The notes under the pieces: model-generated
Told to the model about the DNA's origin: nothing
The model's database searches: none
Seen by the model: the letters and a program-made list of their open reading frames with translations, nothing else
Translations under genes and position numbers: made by a program
In this document: one piece after another, positions 35,028-48,863 of the stretch
Numbering within the stretch: the stretch's first letter is position 1
Layout of the letters: every line of letters begins with the position of its first letter
Assembly: GCF_036321535.1 (NCBI RefSeq)
Contig: NC_087437.1
Coordinates: forward strand, 5,766,001-5,830,000
Length of the DNA: 64,000 nucleotides
Source: Camelus dromedarius
Taxonomy: Eukaryota
Direction of reading: 5' to 3'

Positions 35028-37648
35028 ATGATGCTCAGGGAACACTTGAAGGAAGGTCATCAAGTAGCCGTTTTCCTTTCGAGAGAGAGTGGGAAGATGG
35101 GGAGGAAGAGGGTGTTGTCCTTACCTGTGGCGTTGACTTAGTTCGGTCTTTCGCTATTCTTAAACTTTGAGTCTTCTGTTGGCCCCCAGTTCGGGGACAT
35201 GAAGGGGACTGGCTCATCCTGGATCACTTCCTTCTGAGAGGGTTACTCTCCCTGGTACCGGCCAGAGCATCAGCCTCCTGGTCCTCCGTGGGGCCCATCC
35301 GTATGGACCGGAGCGCCTCCAGGGGAGAGTCCGTGTGTGTTCACCTTGTGGCCCTGTGGTGTCTAGGACCCTCGTGCTCAGCCTTCTATGTAATGGACAT
35401 TATTTATTCAAAGAGACTTCACGTCTTCCAAGCTCAAGGCACTGTAATGGGTATTAGAACAGCCACTGAATATGTATTTATTGAGCGAATGATTTCACAT
35501 CACTGTATGTTGGGATTTGTGTTTCCTTTTTTCCCTGATTGGAGGAGAATGATTTCAAACTAGTGTATCATGGAACATGGTCCTGTACGTCCTTCCTCCT
35601 GGGCTGGCGCTCATGGTCCCTGAGGGCCCCTTTCTACCTCAGCTCTCACTGTCCCCCCCCCCCCCCCAGCCCTCACTCAGGCCGCACAGCTCCCTGCCCT
35701 GGGCAGCCCCCCGAGAGCATGTCCACTCTCGTGCTCCTTTCCCCTCCAGTGCCCTTGCTCGCCGGTTCCTTCCGTTTTTACCCATTCGGTCCCTTATTCA
35801 GTGGACCTGAGTGCAGGAACCCCCCTCCCTGTGTTCAGAGCACCCAGCCCCTTCACACCCTGTCTTCCGTTCTTACCGCTGACATGTGTCGTCCAGCCTC
35901 TGCCCTGAAGGTGGTGTCTCCTTCTCACAGTGTGTGTTGTGTCCCCGCCAGGGCCCCGGCGCTCTGCACGTGTGTGTGAAGCCGTAGCCGACCCCAAACG
36001 TCGCTTGTCTCTTGTATTTGAAATGTAGTCAGAGGACGGGGGGAGGAGTGGACTTCCTACATTTGTTATTGCTGGCGAGAGGGTAGCTAACAAAAAACAC
36101 CAGGCTCATTTTTAAGGATGAAAACGAATGGCTGCAAGACAGCCTAAAAGCAGCATGCAGCTTCTTTCCCAGGGGACCCCCTTCCACCGACACTCACCCA
36201 TCAGTAGACGATGCCCTCCCCTGGGGGCCAGCGGCAGCGGTCTGAAACTTCATTTTCCTTATGACTCATGCTCAGCTGCCGCTTGGGCGCCCTCAGGCCA
36301 GTAAGATGGGGGGAGGGAGGTGTGACGGGCCGTGGAGAGAAGGGGTGGGCAGAGCCTGCCTTCCTGCCTTCTGCACTTCAGTGAGTTTGGGTCCAGCCTA
36401 GGTATCACCACCAACAGGGTAGGGAATGTCCTTGCCCTGGAGAAGCGCCAGCGGGCGGTATGTTCTCCGGGCAGGGGAGGGGGTGACAATGTAAGGACAA
36501 CCTTACACGTTCATTAGTTCCTCGTCCCAGAGGCGTCGGCTTGCCTGGATGCCGGACAACACTGTCATTGCAGCGAGCCCGGAGTCCCAGAGACAATTTT
36601 AAATGTTGGAAACTTACTGCAGGTGACTCTTTTCTCACATTAGGAAGTTTGGCTGGCAGGGAGGAAAGCAGATCTTGCCCTCCGCCAACGCGTGGGGAGG
36701 CGCTTGTGTGATCGTCCCTCCCCCACTGTTCTGCCAGCACTTGGAGCTGATGCAGGGATGCTGGACCAAAGAGTAATGGTCAGGAGAATAGCGTTCTAGG
36801 GAACGCCAAAGTCTTGTTTTCAGAATGTTTACTTTTTCAGAGCGTCGGCAGTTTGCTTTTGCTGTTGCCGTGTTTTCTTTTGGATGGTATGCCTCCGGAC
36901 CGTTATAAGCTCAAGTAGGAATTGATGTATTGGGCTAGCGTCTCACACTCATCTGATGATGTGATTTATACTTTATGGGGAGGAAGGGGGCACAGGCCAC
37001 GTATTTTGTGATTAAAAGCCTCAGTTCAGTCTAAGGTGTGAACTCTTGCTTCTTGCAGTCTGTGTTGGTGTGTCCCCCTCTCTCAGGGGATTTGCATGTA
37101 CGAACTCCATTTGACGTTTGGTTTGAACTAAAGTAAATTCCATCAGACCACTCTTAACTAGAGTTGTCATCATTTGTATTTGCCAGAAATACATTTATTT
37201 AAATACTAGAATATTGATAATGTATAGATCAAGTAGCAAAAATTTAAAAAGCATGTCCCCCTTCCCCAGTTATTTTCCATTTTAATTTAAGCGTATTTTG
37301 TGTTAGGGTTTTTTTTTTTTTAATAATACACTCTAAGGTTTTAGATCGAGGGTTTGAAAAAAGAAAGCCAGCAATAATCTCATGATTAAAATTGTGACTC
37401 CATCTTCATTTTCACTGTCTATGAGAAATGAGTATGCAGGACATTATATGGAATTTAAAAGAGTAATGAAGTTTTCTACGAGTTTGGTTATTCAGTTCAA
37501 ACAAGAAGCATCTCCTGAACGATTTATATTTTGTTTGCAGCAAGGCCAAAGACCGTACTTGAAGGCTAATGTAATTGTTAACTTTGACTTCTTTGGGTTT
37601 CTCTCTCCCGAGTAGAAAAGTAATTACCCTCCGCTTTATATCCCAGTG

Positions 37649-38028
37649 CTTTTTTTAATTTCTGGTTGAAGTATAGTCAGTTGACAATGTTGTGTTAATT
37701 TCTGGTGTACCACATACTGATTCATTTATACATATATATTTCCTTTTCGTATTATTTTTCATTATAGGTTATTACAAGGTATTGAACATAGCTCGCTGTG
37801 CTGTACAGTGGGACCTTGTTGTTTGTCTGTTTTATAGATAGTAGTTAGTATCTGCAAACTTGAACTCGCAGTTTATCCCTTCCACCCTCTTTCCCCGCTG
37901 GTAACCGTAAGTTTGTTTTCTGTGTCTGTGAGTCTGTTTCTGTTTTGTAAATGAGTTCATTTGTGTCATTTTTTTTTAAGATTCCACATCTAAGTGATGT
38001 CATGTGATGTTTGTCTTTCTCTGGGTGA
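37649..38028 (-). mobile_element. Artiodactyl-type L1 3' end
   Basis: ttgaagtatagtcagttgacaatgttgtgttaatttctggtgtac...gagtctgtttctgttttgtaaatgagttc...agattccacatctaagtgat. Confidence 0.92.
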
Positions 38029-40775
38029 CATTGTACCTTGAAGATTCTTTTAGATGTTCTCTTTTCTTCGCTCCAAATAGCCCTGCTTTCTGTTATGTTA
38101 CGTCCTTAGCCCACTGAGGTTTTGGAAGTAGGCGAGATGCGCATTCTGAGAAATACGTTTTCTGGTTGGTAAGTTTCTTCTCTTCAGTGCAGAGGAGGAA
38201 CATCTGAGGCGGGAGATGCTTTTGCTTCACATCCACAAATGCCAAACGCAGAGTCCGTCAGAAAGTTCCAGAATTTACAGGAGGCGCTCCCTAATCTCTG
38301 TGGAGTGAGGTGGACACACCACATCTCGTGTCTCTCCCCTGACTGTAACACCAAGACCCGGTCTCCCCCGGTGCCTTTTGGTCTTCATCCGGCCTCTTTC
38401 TCCTTTTCCCTGTTGACTTAGGTGTTTGCAGATTTTCAGGGACTGTTACTTACCCTCTGAGAATCCCGGGAGCGCTTCTCAACCACGGAGTTCGCAGGGC
38501 TCACCCTTCCCGTTTCCTGCTCCTCCTCTGGAGCAGAGGGGATGATGCTGGTCATCATAAATGCAGCTAAGGGCCCGCCCATGTTTGCCAAAACCCGGGA
38601 GTGGGGCCCCCATCAGGACAGCATGCACGCTGCTGGGGAGAGGGCTTCCCAGGCACTTGCAACTGAAGAACAAGTGTCAGGAGCAGGCCCCGGGGCAGGC
38701 GGGGGGGCCCGCCTGGTTTCACGCAGTGTCCAGTGTGTAGCAGTCGCGTCCTGTCTTTGCCGGCACTTGTGAGCCCCTTGGCGCAGGGAGAGCGGCTTCC
38801 TTTGTCCACAGGGTGGGCTGTCCCCGCGCCAGTCAGACTTTCTTCTCTTTGCTTGGCTCGGAGGGGAGCGGCTACTCCACAGCTGTGCTTTTCTTACCAG
38901 AAAATTTAAAAACAAAATAAAGTAACAAAACAAAAAGAGGAGAGCCATAGAGGAGGTTTCTAAAAATGGAGTCCATTCTCCCTTATGTAATAACTAAAAT
39001 AAACTTGCTTTAATCCATGAATTTACTTTTAGACCTGATGACTGTCTACGTTTCTGTATTCTGCCTGGATACTAACCTGTGCCTTGGAGTTGCTTTTCCG
39101 TAGCAGCAGTGTTTTACCTATGTCTTTAAATGTTTTATATTAATTTAAAAATGAGAGAATCATGCACTAAAGACCACTTTGAGAGTCTCTCTCGGACTCA
39201 CCCCTCCCACACAGCTGTTTTCACTCGGGCATAGTGCCTTCCGCTGGTGCCCGTCTCTCACACTGCTCTTGTTAAAGGATGCTCTTTGCTCTGTTCAGGG
39301 TTGGACTTGTCACGATCCGGCCAGTCTCTCATCAACCGACTCTCTTTAGGGTTAATAAAATGCCCAGCCACATTAAAAAGGAAGGGTATGGTTTGTGGTC
39401 ATGGTTCAAATTAGAGCAAAGTGACTCCCATGGGGATAAGATGGTCCACGTGGGAGAAGAGCTTCCGTGTCTTTAGAACTGTGCTCTGAGCAGAGAGGTG
39501 GCCACAGCTGTCCACCACTGGCCATGCATTTTTATAATGCCAGTAATGACTAAACTGAGATGATTTTAATAGGGACAGAGAGGTTCTCATTGCAAAGACT
39601 TTCCATTCTTTATCCAGAAAAGCATTCCAACACATTTATAAGATATTATTTAAGCAAATTCTTATTCCTTAATGAATGTGGAATCCGTCCAAGGCTTCCC
39701 AGTGCATTCTGGAGTTACATTTTCAAATGTACTGATTTTGAAGCAAACTCCATTTTTTTCTGTACGTTGTGGGGACCCCTAGTCAAGATGTGAAAGCTGT
39801 TTATTTTCAACCACTTAGGTAAATTGTTATTTACAGTCCAGTCAGGAAATGGGTTAGTTCTGTGATTTCTGCCAAAGGCCATTTTATTGTTTCTTTCCAT
39901 ACTCACATGTATGGAAGGTATTTCTTTTCTAATATGCAAAACTTAAATAATGAATCCCCATTGACAGGCATAGAGACTTGTTTTTAAGAGAAATGAGGAG
40001 TTGTATCAACAGCTGATTTGTTTTTTAATATTATGATTTTTTAAAAGAAGAAATAAGGATAAAGTTCTAATAATTCTAAAAATAAAAATAACTTACCGCG
40101 AGCTGTCGTCACTGGCTCTCCCTTTCTACGTCACCTGTTGATTTTGCTTAGCAGACATGTAAGTGGTTGTAAAGTTCTGGAATTTGGGGGGGAAAAGCTT
40201 CTATTAAATAATAAATCACTTCCTTGGTTATTTGATCGTAAGGCTTTGTGTGTGGGCAGAAGTGTTAGAGTTTGCTGTTTCGGTGTGAATCTTTTCAGGG
40301 TTTACCTCTTTGGGCAACCTGCTCGGCTTCCGATCTCCACCAGTTAGAACATGAGAGTAATAACGTTCATAATGTCAGAAAGTCAGAAAGAAGAGGATGT
40401 CACCAACAGGGGGGAGAAAAGGGTTATGATTTGAGACTCAGACCCCTCCCCAGGAATTTCAGGCATAAATAGATCACTTAAAAGAAGCAAAGGGTGATTC
40501 CTTTCCTGAAGCAGGATTGCACATAGGTTCATTCCTGATTTTTGGACGTTGGATTGTATTACTTGCAAAGATAACTTTTCCTGGAATTTCTTTCATTACT
40601 TCTTTTCTTTAGTAGAGGATGTAGTAACTTTGCCTGTGTATTTTAGTTATTTTAAGGGTCAGGAGTCCGTGGGGAGACTCCTCTGAACCTTCAGGCTAGG
40701 AAGGGTGGCTCCACTCTGGGTGCTACAGCTCCCTGGACCTGCTTCTTTCTCTGTTACCTTCTAATCACTCCCTTT

Positions 40776-41535
40776 TTTTTAACATGTGAAGTATAGTTGA
40801 TTTACAATGTTGTCTTAGTTTCTGGTGTATAACGTAGTGATTCAGTTATGCACGTTTGTATTCTTTTTCATATTCTTTTTCATTATAGGTTATTACAAGA
40901 TATTGAATGTAGTTCCCTGTGCTGTACAGTAGGGCCTTGTTGATTATCTATTTTATATACAGTAGTTTTATCTGCTAATCCCAAACTCCTAACTTATCCC
41001 CTTTTTCTCCCCCTTGGTAACCACAGATTTGTTTTCTATGTCTATGAATCTGTTTCTGTTTTGTAGATAAGTTCGTTTGTGTCATTTTTTAGATTCCACA
41101 TATAAGTGATATCATATGATATATTCGTCTTTCTCTGTCTGACTTACTTCACTTAGTATGATAATTTCTGAGTCCATCCATGTTGCTGCATATAGCGTTA
41201 TTTCATTCTTTTTTATGGCTGAGTAGTATTCCATTGTATAAATACACCACATCTTCTTTAGCCAGTCATCTGTTGATGGACATTTAGGTTGGTTCCATGT
41301 CTTGGTTATTGTAAATAGTGCTGCTGCGAACATTGGGGTGCACATATCTTTTTGAATTAGAGTTTTCTCTGGATATATGCCCAGGAGTGGGACTGCTGGA
41401 TGATAGGGAAAGTCTATTTTCAGTTTTTTAAGGAACCTCCATACTGTCCTCCATAGAGGCTGCACCAGTTTGCACTCCCACCAGCAGCGTAGGAGGGCTC
41501 CCTTTCTCCACACCCTCTCCAGCATTTATCATTTG
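40776..41535 (-). mobile_element. Artiodactyl-type L1 (ORF2 C-terminus + 3'UTR), longest young copy
   Basis: ORF 41112-41525: [39 protein letters not shown]...WCIYTMEYYSAIKKNE = L1 ORF2p C-terminus; flanking tctaatcac at 40760-40768 and 41536-41544. Confidence 0.95.
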
Positions 41536-44004
41536 TCTAATCACATACTTTTGAGTTGTTATTTCTGCCATCCCCCTATACTGAGAGCTTGTTTAGTACT
41601 TGCACAGTCCCTGACTCATGACGCTTTAATTATCGTTTGTTGAGTTAAACTAAACTAGAAGCCAAAGTAGAAAGCATGACGGCACACTTGTGAGTCTACT
41701 GCTCCGTTGCTGCTCACGCTGAAGCACTGAAGGGTGAAGGTGAGGGACACTTTGGCTCCTTGCTCTACTCCAGGGCCGCGACTCGTTGGTTTCCTCAGGG
41801 AGCTGAGTCACACAGCGGGGTCTGTGCTGAACTGGCGTCCCAGGTGCTGGTGTCTCCACGCAGGGGATGTGTGAAAGGGATTTAGGGTCGTGGCCTCTCT
41901 ATTACCCGTGCTTGGGCAATGCCAGGAGGAGAGAAAACAGCTACCCTGCAGTGCCCTGGAAGGCTCTTCATCCTGTTAGCGGTCTGCGTGGGTGGGCTGC
42001 TTTCAGACAGGAAGGGAGGGAGGGTGTCTGCCCATTTCCAGGGGCAACTTCTGGGGGCTTTGCGGAAGACACAGAGTTGGTCGCTGGCACTGAGGTTGGG
42101 TCCCGGTAGCCCCGTGGAGGTACCAGCAGAACACAAAATGAGACGCTCTGCAGAACCGTGGCATCATGAGCAGTCCGCGAGTCTGGCCACCTTGGAGATG
42201 CTGAGGCGAGCCGTCAGTGGAGCTGGGACATGGAGGAATCTATCCTGAAGGAGGGAGACCCTGTCCGACCACAGGGACAGGCTGAGGAGCTGGAGGCGGG
42301 ACCCAGGCAGACATCTTCCAAGCTGAAGAGTTTAACGATCCCACAAATCAGAAGAGAAGTTGTGGGAGATGATGTTGGGCTACTGAGATCTCTGTCACTG
42401 CAGACAACTTTCCTAGCCTCCCTGAGTCGTGGGTTTCTTTGGAGAGGGTAGGAAATAATTATCCCTGCGTCTTAGAGTGGTTGTGGGTGCAGACGAGGCG
42501 ACCACGTGCTTGACCAGCCCTGGGCCCGGCTCGTGGTAACTGCTCACTGTCTGAGTTCCTTCCTGACCGTCCAGCTCTTCTTCTAGTGTGAATCACCCAC
42601 AAATGGGAGGGCTGTGCCCCTCAGGGAGCTTCAGCTCCTGTTGTGGGCATGGTTAGAACTGTTTTCAAAGCTCTCATAGGCGAAAAACAAAGAATAACCT
42701 CAGAAATGACCCAGAAAGGGCCACCTGGCAGAGAAACGTGGGCTGGGGAGCTCAAACTGGTGGTGATAAGCTCTCTGGTTACCAAGAGCCATCATTACAT
42801 GTAATTCCCAAATATTTGATACACCAGTACATGTTTAAGATTTATGGTTTACCTATTTCTGTGCTTCAGAACTGGAGTGTCCACTTGGTATAGAAAGTTG
42901 TGCGTAGAAAGCTGTGCGTTTATGAGGGGAACTGGAGGAAATTCTGACATTCATGGGCCTCTGAGGGCTGGATTCTTTCCCTGTACCTCCATTATTTCAT
43001 TTGACTCATGACAACCCCATAGAATAAATTATTGTCCTTGTGTAAGGGATGAGAGAAAGTCAAGGCCAACAGACGATGCATTTAGTAGCCTAAAGCCATC
43101 AGCCACGAGCAGGCAGAGGCAGAATTTCAGCCCAGGTCTGCAGGGGTGAACGCCAGTGCTCTCTGCTAAAATGCAGAAAGGCCGCCCTGCAGGAGAGGTT
43201 TCTGAGGCTGGACAGCAGCCCGTCCACCCCCTGAGCGCCTGGAAGGCCGGGCTCTTGTGAACCCAGGGCCCAGCCACGCCAGACACGAGGCAGACGCTCC
43301 ACAAATATTTACTGAGTGCATGAAAGTCCCAAGTTAAGGTAGAAAGCTAATTATTTCAGCAAGTGACTGGTTGTCAGCAATGTAAAATCTGTCATCAGCG
43401 TTGTTCAGTTACTCCAAAACCTGCGACATTTACTAACACAGGCCCCACTCAAGTGGACATCCAGCAGTTTCAAGATCTGTGCTTAGAATTGGACAATATA
43501 TGAAAAACTGACACAAAATACAATTCAAAAGATGTCAACAGTTTTTCAAATGACTGAATAGGCACATGCTGCCTCTGGGAAAAAGGCAACTGATGAGCCT
43601 AAAAATGTCTTTTAAAAAGTCATGATGTACATTTTGATTCCGTATTCCCCACTGCTCTTCCCCGAAGTTAGGATGTTCAGAAGTTGCCATGATGGAGATT
43701 TCTTTTTGTAAAGCACTCTGTATTTTCGTGTAAAGCCAGCACAAACAGCCTTCAATCACCCTGAAAAGTAGAAGTAAATGTAACAATTTAAGATGGAAAT
43801 GTACTACGTCAGTTCTCGGCCAGATCAGTGAAGCTGTTAGCTGTGTGTTTTGTGAGAGTCTTGCAAAGGACGAGCTGAGCACTGGCGTTTTATTAGTAAC
43901 CGTAGAACCATGGATTCATCAAGCCATGATCTGATGGAGATTCTACTGGGTGGAATAAATCAAGTTTTGGTTGAATGAGGATTTTTCACTAAAGGCGAAG
44001 AGGC

Positions 44005-44116
44005 AGTTAATATCTTGCAATAACCTACAGTGAAAAGGATCTGAAAAACATGAGTTTTTTAATCACTTTGCTGTACGCCTGAAACATTGTAAATCAGCTA
44101 TACGGCAATAAAAAAA
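44005..44116 (+). mobile_element. Short L1 3' terminus
   Basis: aatatcttgcaataacctacagtgaaaagg...aatcactttgctgtacgcctgaaacattgtaaatcagctatacggcaataaaaaaa. Confidence 0.8.
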
Positions 44117-44550
44117 GGAACTTGACACAGTTTCTGTACCACGGGTTGGAAGGAGCTACCGCCTTTCCTCTGGCTGATCTGTATTGTAGCTCTATAAATA
44201 GTGTAATTTTGAGGCCTTCAGGAACTTCAAATTATTTTTAAGTGGTTATCTCGACTGAGCAAGTTAATTTGTATCAACTAGGTGAAGGCCGACTGTAATT
44301 TGCATTTATTAATAAGCCTCTAAACTTTCAAGTAAATTATGCTTTTAGTAACCCTGAGGGGAAAAAGTCATCATTTTCACAAATTACCTGGTTGAAATGC
44401 TAGTTCTTAATTCCTTTTCGGGTTATGTCTATGCCCTAGGGCACGTCACAGCTTCTTACGCAATATCAGGCATGCGAGGTCACTTACATAGTATTTGATG
44501 GTTCATTGTGGACATTTAGTATGGAGATCTAACTCTAGGGCCTTTTAAAA

Positions 44551-44762
44551 AATTTTTTATTGAAGTATGGTTGGTTTTCAATGTTGTGTTAGTTTCTGGT
44601 GTACAGCATAGGAAGACTGATTTAGTTGTGTGTGTGGATATATTCTTTTTCATCGTAGACTGTTACAAGGTATGGAACATAGTTCTCTGTGCTGTACAGT
44701 AGGACCTTGTTGTTTATCTATTTTATATATAATAGTGTGTATCTGCTAGTCCCAAACTCCTT
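44551..44762 (-). mobile_element. Artiodactyl-type L1 3'UTR
   Basis: tttattgaagtatggttgg...agtttctggtgtacagcata...gtacagtaggaccttgttgtttatctattttata. Confidence 0.9.
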
Positions 44763-45209
44763 AATTAGGGTCCTTTTTTATTTCTCTTGCCCTACACCCC
44801 CCAACCTTTTTTTCTTTTTTGGAGGACTGTGAACCTTGCTTTCTCTATGTATATTGTGTAGCTTTTGGGGTGACATGAGGGTTGTGTGAGCATCATGGGA
44901 TTTTTTTTTTTAAGCAGTGATGTTTGTTTGTGATGCTCTGAAGTATAAGACCCACCAAATGTTCCTCCTAAAACCTCTCAATTGGCCTCGCCTGCCATCA
45001 GGGGCCACAGCTCTTCTTGGCAGCCGTTTTTCCCCCATTTCAGTGATGAAACTTGCTGAGTGCTTGCTTTGGGCAAAGCCCCACCCTGGAGATGTCAGGA
45101 AGGAGTTGAAATTGAACTCGACAAGTCCCCGCCCTGAAGGATTCTGACATCCAGACCGGCACCGTCCGACCCACCAGCCCTGGAGCCAGGTGGTTCTCGA
45201 GCTGAGCCC

Positions 45210-45455
45210 TGCCGTGTGGGCGTCAGAGCCGACATGTGCTCCAGGTGTGCACCGTGCTGGCTTTCAGAGGCTTAGTATGAAAAAAGAAGGTGAACGATTT
45301 TAATTTTTATATTCATTACATGTTGAAATGATAGCATTTGGGGCTCAATAAATTGTTAAAGTTTATTTCATATGTTTCTTTTTATGTCTTTTAAGGAGGC
45401 TCTAGAAAATTTTAAATTACATATGTGACTCTAACACATTTTTAGATGCCACTAA
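45210..45455. mobile_element. MER33-like hAT-Charlie element
   Basis: cttagtatgaaaaaagaagg...tttttatattcattacatgttgaaatgata...ctagaaaattttaaattacatatgtgactc. Confidence 0.7.
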
Positions 45456-48400
45456 TCTAGACAGTGTATCTGCTGTCTTCCAGTGGTATCACTGCGGGAA
45501 AGGATCCATCCCCGAAGGCCTTAAGTGTTTTCCCTGTAAGTACTCGTGTTTGTAATTGGAACACACAACAGCAATCAAAGTACAACAGGATAGGAAATCA
45601 GAGTATATGTTTCTTAAGAGTCCTTTAATTAGCCCATGATTATGTAAATGTGTGGCCGGATAGCATCTTTTATTTTTCTTTCACAAGTATGATTTTTAAG
45701 GAAAGGTAAACATGAAACTGAGGTTTCTAGATGCTTAGAATAGAAATAAATGAGGAGGGGTCGGGGAGGAGGAGGGCCCTCTGCCGTGGTGACGCTTGCC
45801 TGAGGCTGGAGCCATGTCCAGGAGGTCCATGTGAGACTGGGTACAGTGGCAGAGAGAGCTCTGACCGAGCCCCGGGAAAAGCTCATCGGTCGTAGGAGAG
45901 AATGGTGACGCTGCTAGTAACTGTCGTAGTGACAAGACCAGCCACGTCAGGCACCTGTGACATCTCCTGAGGGCGTTGGGGACTTCACTAGGCATGTCCT
46001 CGTGGCCTGCTGTAACACTCGGCGGCAGTCCCAGGAGGACTCAGCAGGTCTCGTTGTCGTGGCCCGTGCTGCTGAAGCCCCAGGCCAGGGTGGCTGCGCG
46101 GGAAGCGGTGGGGAGAAGGCAGCCCCAGGCCAGGCGGTCAGACGGACACGCGTGGAAGCCGTGGGGACGTTCGGCCTCCTGACTTCCCTCTAGTTCTGAG
46201 AAAGACAAGGGTCCGTAAGCTCGCAAAGAGCTCTTAGAAGGAAGCTTTGTGTCGTTTTTAACCATTTAGCGCCGTGAGTTTAGCTGGGGGGTTACTTTCT
46301 GGCGCACTCCGTTTGCGCTGGCCAGTAATCCCAGCCAGCGAGCCTCGAGGACGGTCAGCTTGTGTGAAAGTCTTAGCCGCGCAGCCCCACCGGGCTTTCG
46401 CAGTTACTAGCTCACCCGCGCCTCGACAAGCCCTTTCTAGTGATTAAGGGCAAGTAATTACTCTCCTCATTTTATAAAATTAGTGGCTGAGGTTTCAAGG
46501 GGTTTACAGACCTTCCCAAGGCCTCAGAGCCGGTCGCCTGGGCTCCGGCAGGACTCGCTGTGGCTGGCGGAGCGGGCCAGCCGGGGCCGAGGGAGGGACC
46601 AGGCCACACCAGCTCCAGGACCCGGCTTTGCCCTTGGCAGCCACGACGTTGAGCGCTGAATCCCTCTGGGTTCAAAAGAAAAAACAGCCCTCCTTGAGAA
46701 CTGAATCTAGGGGATTGTTTCAGATGTTGGAAGAACCACAGGCCGAACAGGAGAACGAAGCCGCCTGGAGGTTAGCAGATCGCCCTACCTGCAGGGTGGA
46801 GAGGCAGGGAGTGGATTGGGGAAGCAGCCTCTGCGTGCCTCCCCTCTGCAGAGAGAGGAGGAAGGAGGGCCGCCAGCTCCCCTTCCCCCTGCAGGGCTTC
46901 CAGGCCTCACCAGAGCCTGGTGGAGGAACGCAGCAGGCGTCCACTGACTTGGGGTCTGAGGAAATCTGCCCCACAGGGCCAGCCCTCTGGCCCTGTGGAG
47001 CAGAGTAGGATTGGAAGTGGAACCTTGCCATCTGCCAGGGGAAACCGTTTCCTCTGATGTGGGGATGGTGGGTCCCACCTCGCAGAGCGGAGGCTGCAAA
47101 GCAATCGTGTTTGTAAAGGACCTGTGCGTGACAGCAGCTCAGCCAAGGTCAGCCTGCCTCCCCGTCCCATGGGGACAGCTGCGGTTCCGGTGGGCAGCCG
47201 TTGCTGTGTGGCCCCAAATTTCAGGAGTGTGACAGGTGAGAGTGGCTTTGATCGTGATGTCTCTCGGAGAGCTGCATGGCCGTAGGTTTTTCTAATCACC
47301 AGCCAGCCACGCTTCTCACTCTTCACTCTTTTTGAAATTTTCTCCCTTCTCAATTCATAAAGAACATCAGTTATTAAAAAATCCATCACATTATCTAACT
47401 CAGGGACACATCTGCTCGTCCCAGGTGGTGGGTTACAAGACTCGTTGTGGGGAGCCGGTCCAGGCAATGGGGAGGGCTCATTTCCCCACATCCCTAATCC
47501 TATCATATTTTGAAAAGCCCTTGGTCTCAAGTTTTTATTAGTCTGATTAAATTAAAAACTGCTCTACAGTAATGCGTTTAAAAGCACAGCTAGATTACTT
47601 GAAAAACACATTTATAACTGAAATGAACAGGGTTCGACTAAAACTCCAGCTCTTTCTGGAGGACACATGGGATTTCTGTGTTGCCATTATAAGTTCCAGC
47701 CACCCCAGGTGAATTTCACATCATATTTGGGTTCGGGGAGGGTGGAGGTGTGGCAAACCAGATTAGAAGATACACTTTTGGCTAATCTGACTTGTCAATG
47801 CGTTTCTCAAATGCCTTGAGCCACAGACTCAACTCAGCACCCTCAAAAAGGATTTCTGAACTTGGGGAGTTGGGTCTCAAGGTGATGGCGGGGTGGAGAG
47901 TCCTAGATTGTCGATGGTGACACCATGACAGCGGTGATGTTAGATGCATGTAACACATAACGTTGAGATTAAAGTAAGAGCTGCAATACGTGTGCATGTT
48001 TGGGGGAGAGGGAAGGATTTGACCCCCAGAAGAGCTGATCTCGGTCAGTTGAGGTGGTGGGTGGGAATAGCCCGGCCATCGGCTCCCTCACCCTGCTGCA
48101 CACCTCACTCCTTTGCTCCCAGGAACTCCTACCCCACCTCCTGTAGCCCATTCTGGCAGCTGCATCCCTTCACAAAGGCCTTCCTCCCATTGCCCGCCCT
48201 CTGCAGCGTGCACCCCTCCTCTGTTAATCACATCAGGCACATCATAACTCCCCTCTGGGTCTCGCTGCACAGGCAGTGCCATGAGATTTCCAGGAAGGTC
48301 AAGATGTGGAGGAGTTGAAAACGGGATGGGAACCGCAGTGTTCAGGGGTGTGCGGTGATCCCAGGCCGGTGCCCGCAAGGCCCCACCTCCTGAGAGTCAT

Positions 48401-48863
48401 GGGAGCCCAGAGCTCTGCACAGATCAAAGGGGAGCTCCAGCTGGGAGCTGGGCAAGGACTGAGTGCTAGCCAGGCAGGCTGGGGACAGGGCGAAGGTTCC
48501 CTCCGTACACTTGGGGCAGGGGTAGGGAGAACCGTAGCAGCCTCAGGAAATAGAAGCAGCAGGGAGAACGAGGCCACCATGCCCAAAGGTGCACACGGCT
48601 GCCAGTCTGCTAATTCAGGGCCGCAAGACCAAGCCAGGCCTGACCAACAGGTGGAGATGGGTAGCCTGGGTAGGATGGGCTCTCAGGCTGGACAGGGTGA
48701 GGCCTGCAGCTTGGAAGTGTCCAGACAGACCAAACTGGTAGCCTGCCTGGCAGTCAGGATGGGAACCTCCCTGTAACTGAGGTTAGACTTTGGGTATGCC
48801 TGAGCCTCCGGTGCCTGCCCCTTGGCAAGGACTTAACATGTTGTTAATAAGGTCACTTTCAAG

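Noticed and set aside
19861..38174. Identical 14-mer TCTGGTTGGTAAGT at 19861 and 38161
   Set aside because: Several exact 14-mer matches are expected by chance in 64 kb, and the similarity does not extend.
41112..41525. 137-aa ORF as a protein-coding gene
   Set aside because: It is the C-terminus of L1 ORF2p inside a 5'-truncated, TSD-flanked insertion.
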